Below are positions 60,799 to 64,000 of a DNA stretch of 64,000 nt, in pieces (the stretch's first letter is position 1; each line of letters begins with the position of its first letter). The translations under genes were made by a program, and so were the position numbers. The DNA is taken from assembly GCA_040954595.2 (NCBI GenBank), contig CM082581.2, positions 3,774,699 to 3,838,698 of the forward strand, written 5' to 3'. Under the pieces are notes generated by a model. That model saw only the letters and a program-made list of their open reading frames with translations. It was not told the origin of the DNA and did not search any database. Source of the DNA: Balanoglossus misakiensis (Eukaryota > Animalia > Hemichordata).

Positions 60799-61914
60799 AC
60801 ACAATTTTTCTGTTCTATTAGATTATCGTTCTTCTTTTGAGAATTTATGTAAGGCATTTTAAGATTCACTTTTCTTCCTAGATTAGTCAAAAGCAAAACT
60901 CTTTTACAGTGACAGGCTAAATATTGTCATGTGCAATGAAAACTATCCTCTTATCTCCTATGAATTACAAATTTGCTCCTATTCTGTTATTACACCTAAG
61001 TGCCTTTTAACTTGTCAAATAAATAAAGTTTGAAATCACTCAATATGCAGCATTGTTTTTATGATTTACTCTCAAAACGGATTTTAGTTCATAGATATCA
61101 TGAATAGCAAGGCATGTGAATATTGGTATCATTCACCAATCAACAGCAATAAGTTTAAAGAAGGTAGGCAATAAATGTGTGTCCCACTCAAATATGGCCG
61201 CCTCCATTTAAAATATGCAGAGGATGTAGTGGACATTGTGGTATACATATATTAACTTCACAGATAAATATCTTAGGATTTTCCTATTCAGAAAATGTGC
61301 CGATGTATACAAATACAATCTACACATGGTACTTTTCAGAAATGATGTATTTATCTGTGGAGAAGAGGGAACTCTTCATTAAGTTTCATTTGAGATGGAT
61401 CGAATAAATTCAAGACTGTGCAAATGGTGCTGATGTGAAAATAAACACCTCTCCATGTCATGACTGTCGATATTGACAGAAGTAGATTATGTTGGTAAAG
61501 TGTGTATTTAATTTTAAGAGTTGTAATTAATTTGTTTGCGTTAGAAACCAGATATGAACTGATAAGGGGAAGGGTCACATTTTACAGTCCAGGTGTACGC
61601 TGTATCCCCCGCCCCCCCCTGTAATTACTGGATGCTCCCTTAACTCTCTTATCAAATTCTCTCAGACCTGGGTTTCAACATTTGCACTTTAAAAATATTC
61701 AGACAGTATCGGTTATTATTGCTACTATCACCTAGTATCGCCCAAGTTTCAAACTAGACAATTTTTTATTACCATTTTTTCCCCAAAGATGTCACACCTA
61801 GAAAATATCCTATAATGTCCATCCACTCTGCATTCAAACTAACACATGCAAATACATACACAAACACAATAAAGGTTACTTTTAATACATGAGGAACGGC
61901 TCATGTGCTTTATT

Positions 61915-63725
61915 GGATGAACTAAAAATTTACCCCGCACCAAAACCCAGAGATAAAACCCTTATTTCGAGATAAGGGAAACCCTCTGGGAAAGCGTAAG
62001 TAACTATAAAGATTCACCAAATTTACAAATAATTGTATTTGAATCAAGCCTCTTGAAAACTTAAGTTTTCATGCTAATTTGGAATTCAAAATAGTAGGTT
62101 TAGAGAGCCTGTGTCTGTAACTTTAGGCACAGAATATTGTTATTATTTGCAAATGTATTCAATTCTGGACTTGAATACAAATTGTTAACAATAACAATTA
62201 AACTGTTCAAAAGTTATTGGAAGAATTTCATTAAAGTCTCCCAAACATTCAGGGGAAAAAAGGCAGACACAGAATGAAATTTCAAATGTAAAATAACTGA
62301 AAATGTGTAAAAAATAGAAAACTTGTAAATACCACAATGTAATGTTTTTATCGTTAAAAAGTGTAAATAATGTGTTGCCTGTAAGCCAGGTTGCATAGGC
62401 TCCTTGCTATTCAATTTATGAGCGAATTTACTGCTATTATGCCCTTCTCCACTAAATGGAATAACAGAATTATGCCCATAAGGCTTTTGCAAACACATTA
62501 TTTATGTATTTATAAAGAAAATACTCAACAAAAAGTCTCTAAGCACTGTAAACACTCACACAATGCATAAGCATCATGGATGAACTGAAAATTTACCCTG
62601 CAACAAAACCCAGAGGTAAAACCCTTTTTGGGAAAAGGGAAACTCTCTGGGAAAGCGCAAGTAACTATACAGATTCACCAAGTTTACAATAAATTGTATC
62701 TGAAATTCATTCCTCTTGAAAACCTAAGTTTTAAATGAACATGCTAATTCGGCATACAAAAAAGTAGGTTTAGAGAGCCAGTACCTGTAACTTTAGGTAC
62801 AGAACATTGTTATTATTGGCAAATGTATTCAATTCTGGACTTGAATACAAATTGTTAACAATAACAATTAAACTTAAACTGCTCAAAAATAATAAATATC
62901 AAGCAAAAGCAAAAACCTTCTCATCTGATATAGTTATCAGAAAAATTTCACTAAAGTCTCCCAAACATTCAGGGGAAAAAAGGCAGACACAGAATGAAAT
63001 TTCAAATGTAAAATAACTGAAAATGTGTAAAAAATAGAAAACTTGTAAATACCACAATGGAATGTTTTTATCGTTAAAAAGTGTAAATAATGTGTTGCCT
63101 GTAAGCCATGTTGCATAGGCTCCTTGCTATTCAATTTATGAGCGAATTTACTGCTATTATGCCCCCCCCCCCTCAATAGAATAATCAAATTATGCATGTA
63201 AGGCTTTTGCAAACACATTATTTATGTATTTATAAAGAAAATGCTCATCAAAAAATCTCAAAGATCCCCAAATTGGGGAAAAAGGCATTATCACTGAGAT
63301 GAAAGTTGAAATCTTCATGTGCACAAACACACACTTAAACTGTTCAAAAATAATAAAAACTTTGCAATGTCAAGCGAAAGCAAAAATCTTCTCATCTGAT
63401 ATAGTTATTGGAAAAATTTCATTAAAGTCTCCCAAACATTCAGGGAAAAAAGGCAGACACAGAATGAGTGTTCAAATGTAAAATAACTGAAAGTGTGTGA
63501 ATTATAGAAAACTTGAAAATAACACAATGTAAACTTTTTTATTGTTAAAAATATATAAATAATGTGTTGCCTGTAAGCCATGTTGCATAGGCTCTTCACT
63601 ATTCAATTTTTGAGCGAATTTACTGCTATCATGCCCCCCCCCCCATAGAATAATCAAATTATGCCTATATGGCTTTTGCAAACACATTATGTATATATAA
63701 AATAAATTCTCATCAAAAATTCTCT
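61915..63725. repeat. Non-coding tandem repeat, about 2.5 units of about 660-720 bp
   Basis: GGATGAACT(A/G)AAAATTTACCC at 61915 and 62578. The AAAGTCTCCCAAACATTCAGGG...GGCTTTTGCAAACACATTA block recurs at about 62230, 62950 and 63420. Confidence 0.85.
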
Positions 63726-64000
63726 AAATATGCAAAGAAAAAATGTGTCAAATAATCAGTGATGTCAAGCAAAAGCAAAATCATAAACTTAATATTAAAA
63801 TGTGAAGAATAAAAGAGATATACCGGTATATCAAACTAAATGTTGAACACCACCCACGCACGTGAGAAGCAACTAATGAACTGATCCCAGGAAACTATAC
63901 TGGACTTGAAGGATCTATTGCAAGTGTTTTTTTCATCATCAAATGCATATGGTATTATCAAATATATTGCAAATTGACACCTTCTTATCTGTTATAGCCA

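Overview
AT-rich, intron-containing animal DNA, probably a deuterostome invertebrate (inferred from gene content; species not determinable). Most ORF-track entries are spurious; I rebuilt the real genes by following GT-AG sites and exon phases. (1) A minus-strand family GT14 xylosyltransferase-like gene has 8 phase-compatible exons from 12095 down to 60 and continues off the left edge. Its likely first exon is 30888-31666, encoding a signal peptide and a degenerate SUEL-lectin-like domain across an 18.8-kb intron. (2) A complete 116-aa secreted single-Link-module gene (4736-6577, +) is nested antisense in one of its introns. (3) Five intact 4-exon, 222-aa CTHRC1-like genes lie in tandem (38374-60798, +). 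Their differences cluster in a few C-terminal loops, and the copies show mosaic ancestry. Transposon content: TTAA-target Kolobok-type, TA-target Tc1/mariner-type and 9-bp-TSD AcademH-type non-autonomous elements, hairpin elements, a solo LTR, an L2/CR1-group LINE relic, and many TACATGTA/TACCGGTA excision-like footprints. Several insertions are shown directly by filled versus empty paralogous sites. No rRNA, tRNA or CRISPR was seen.
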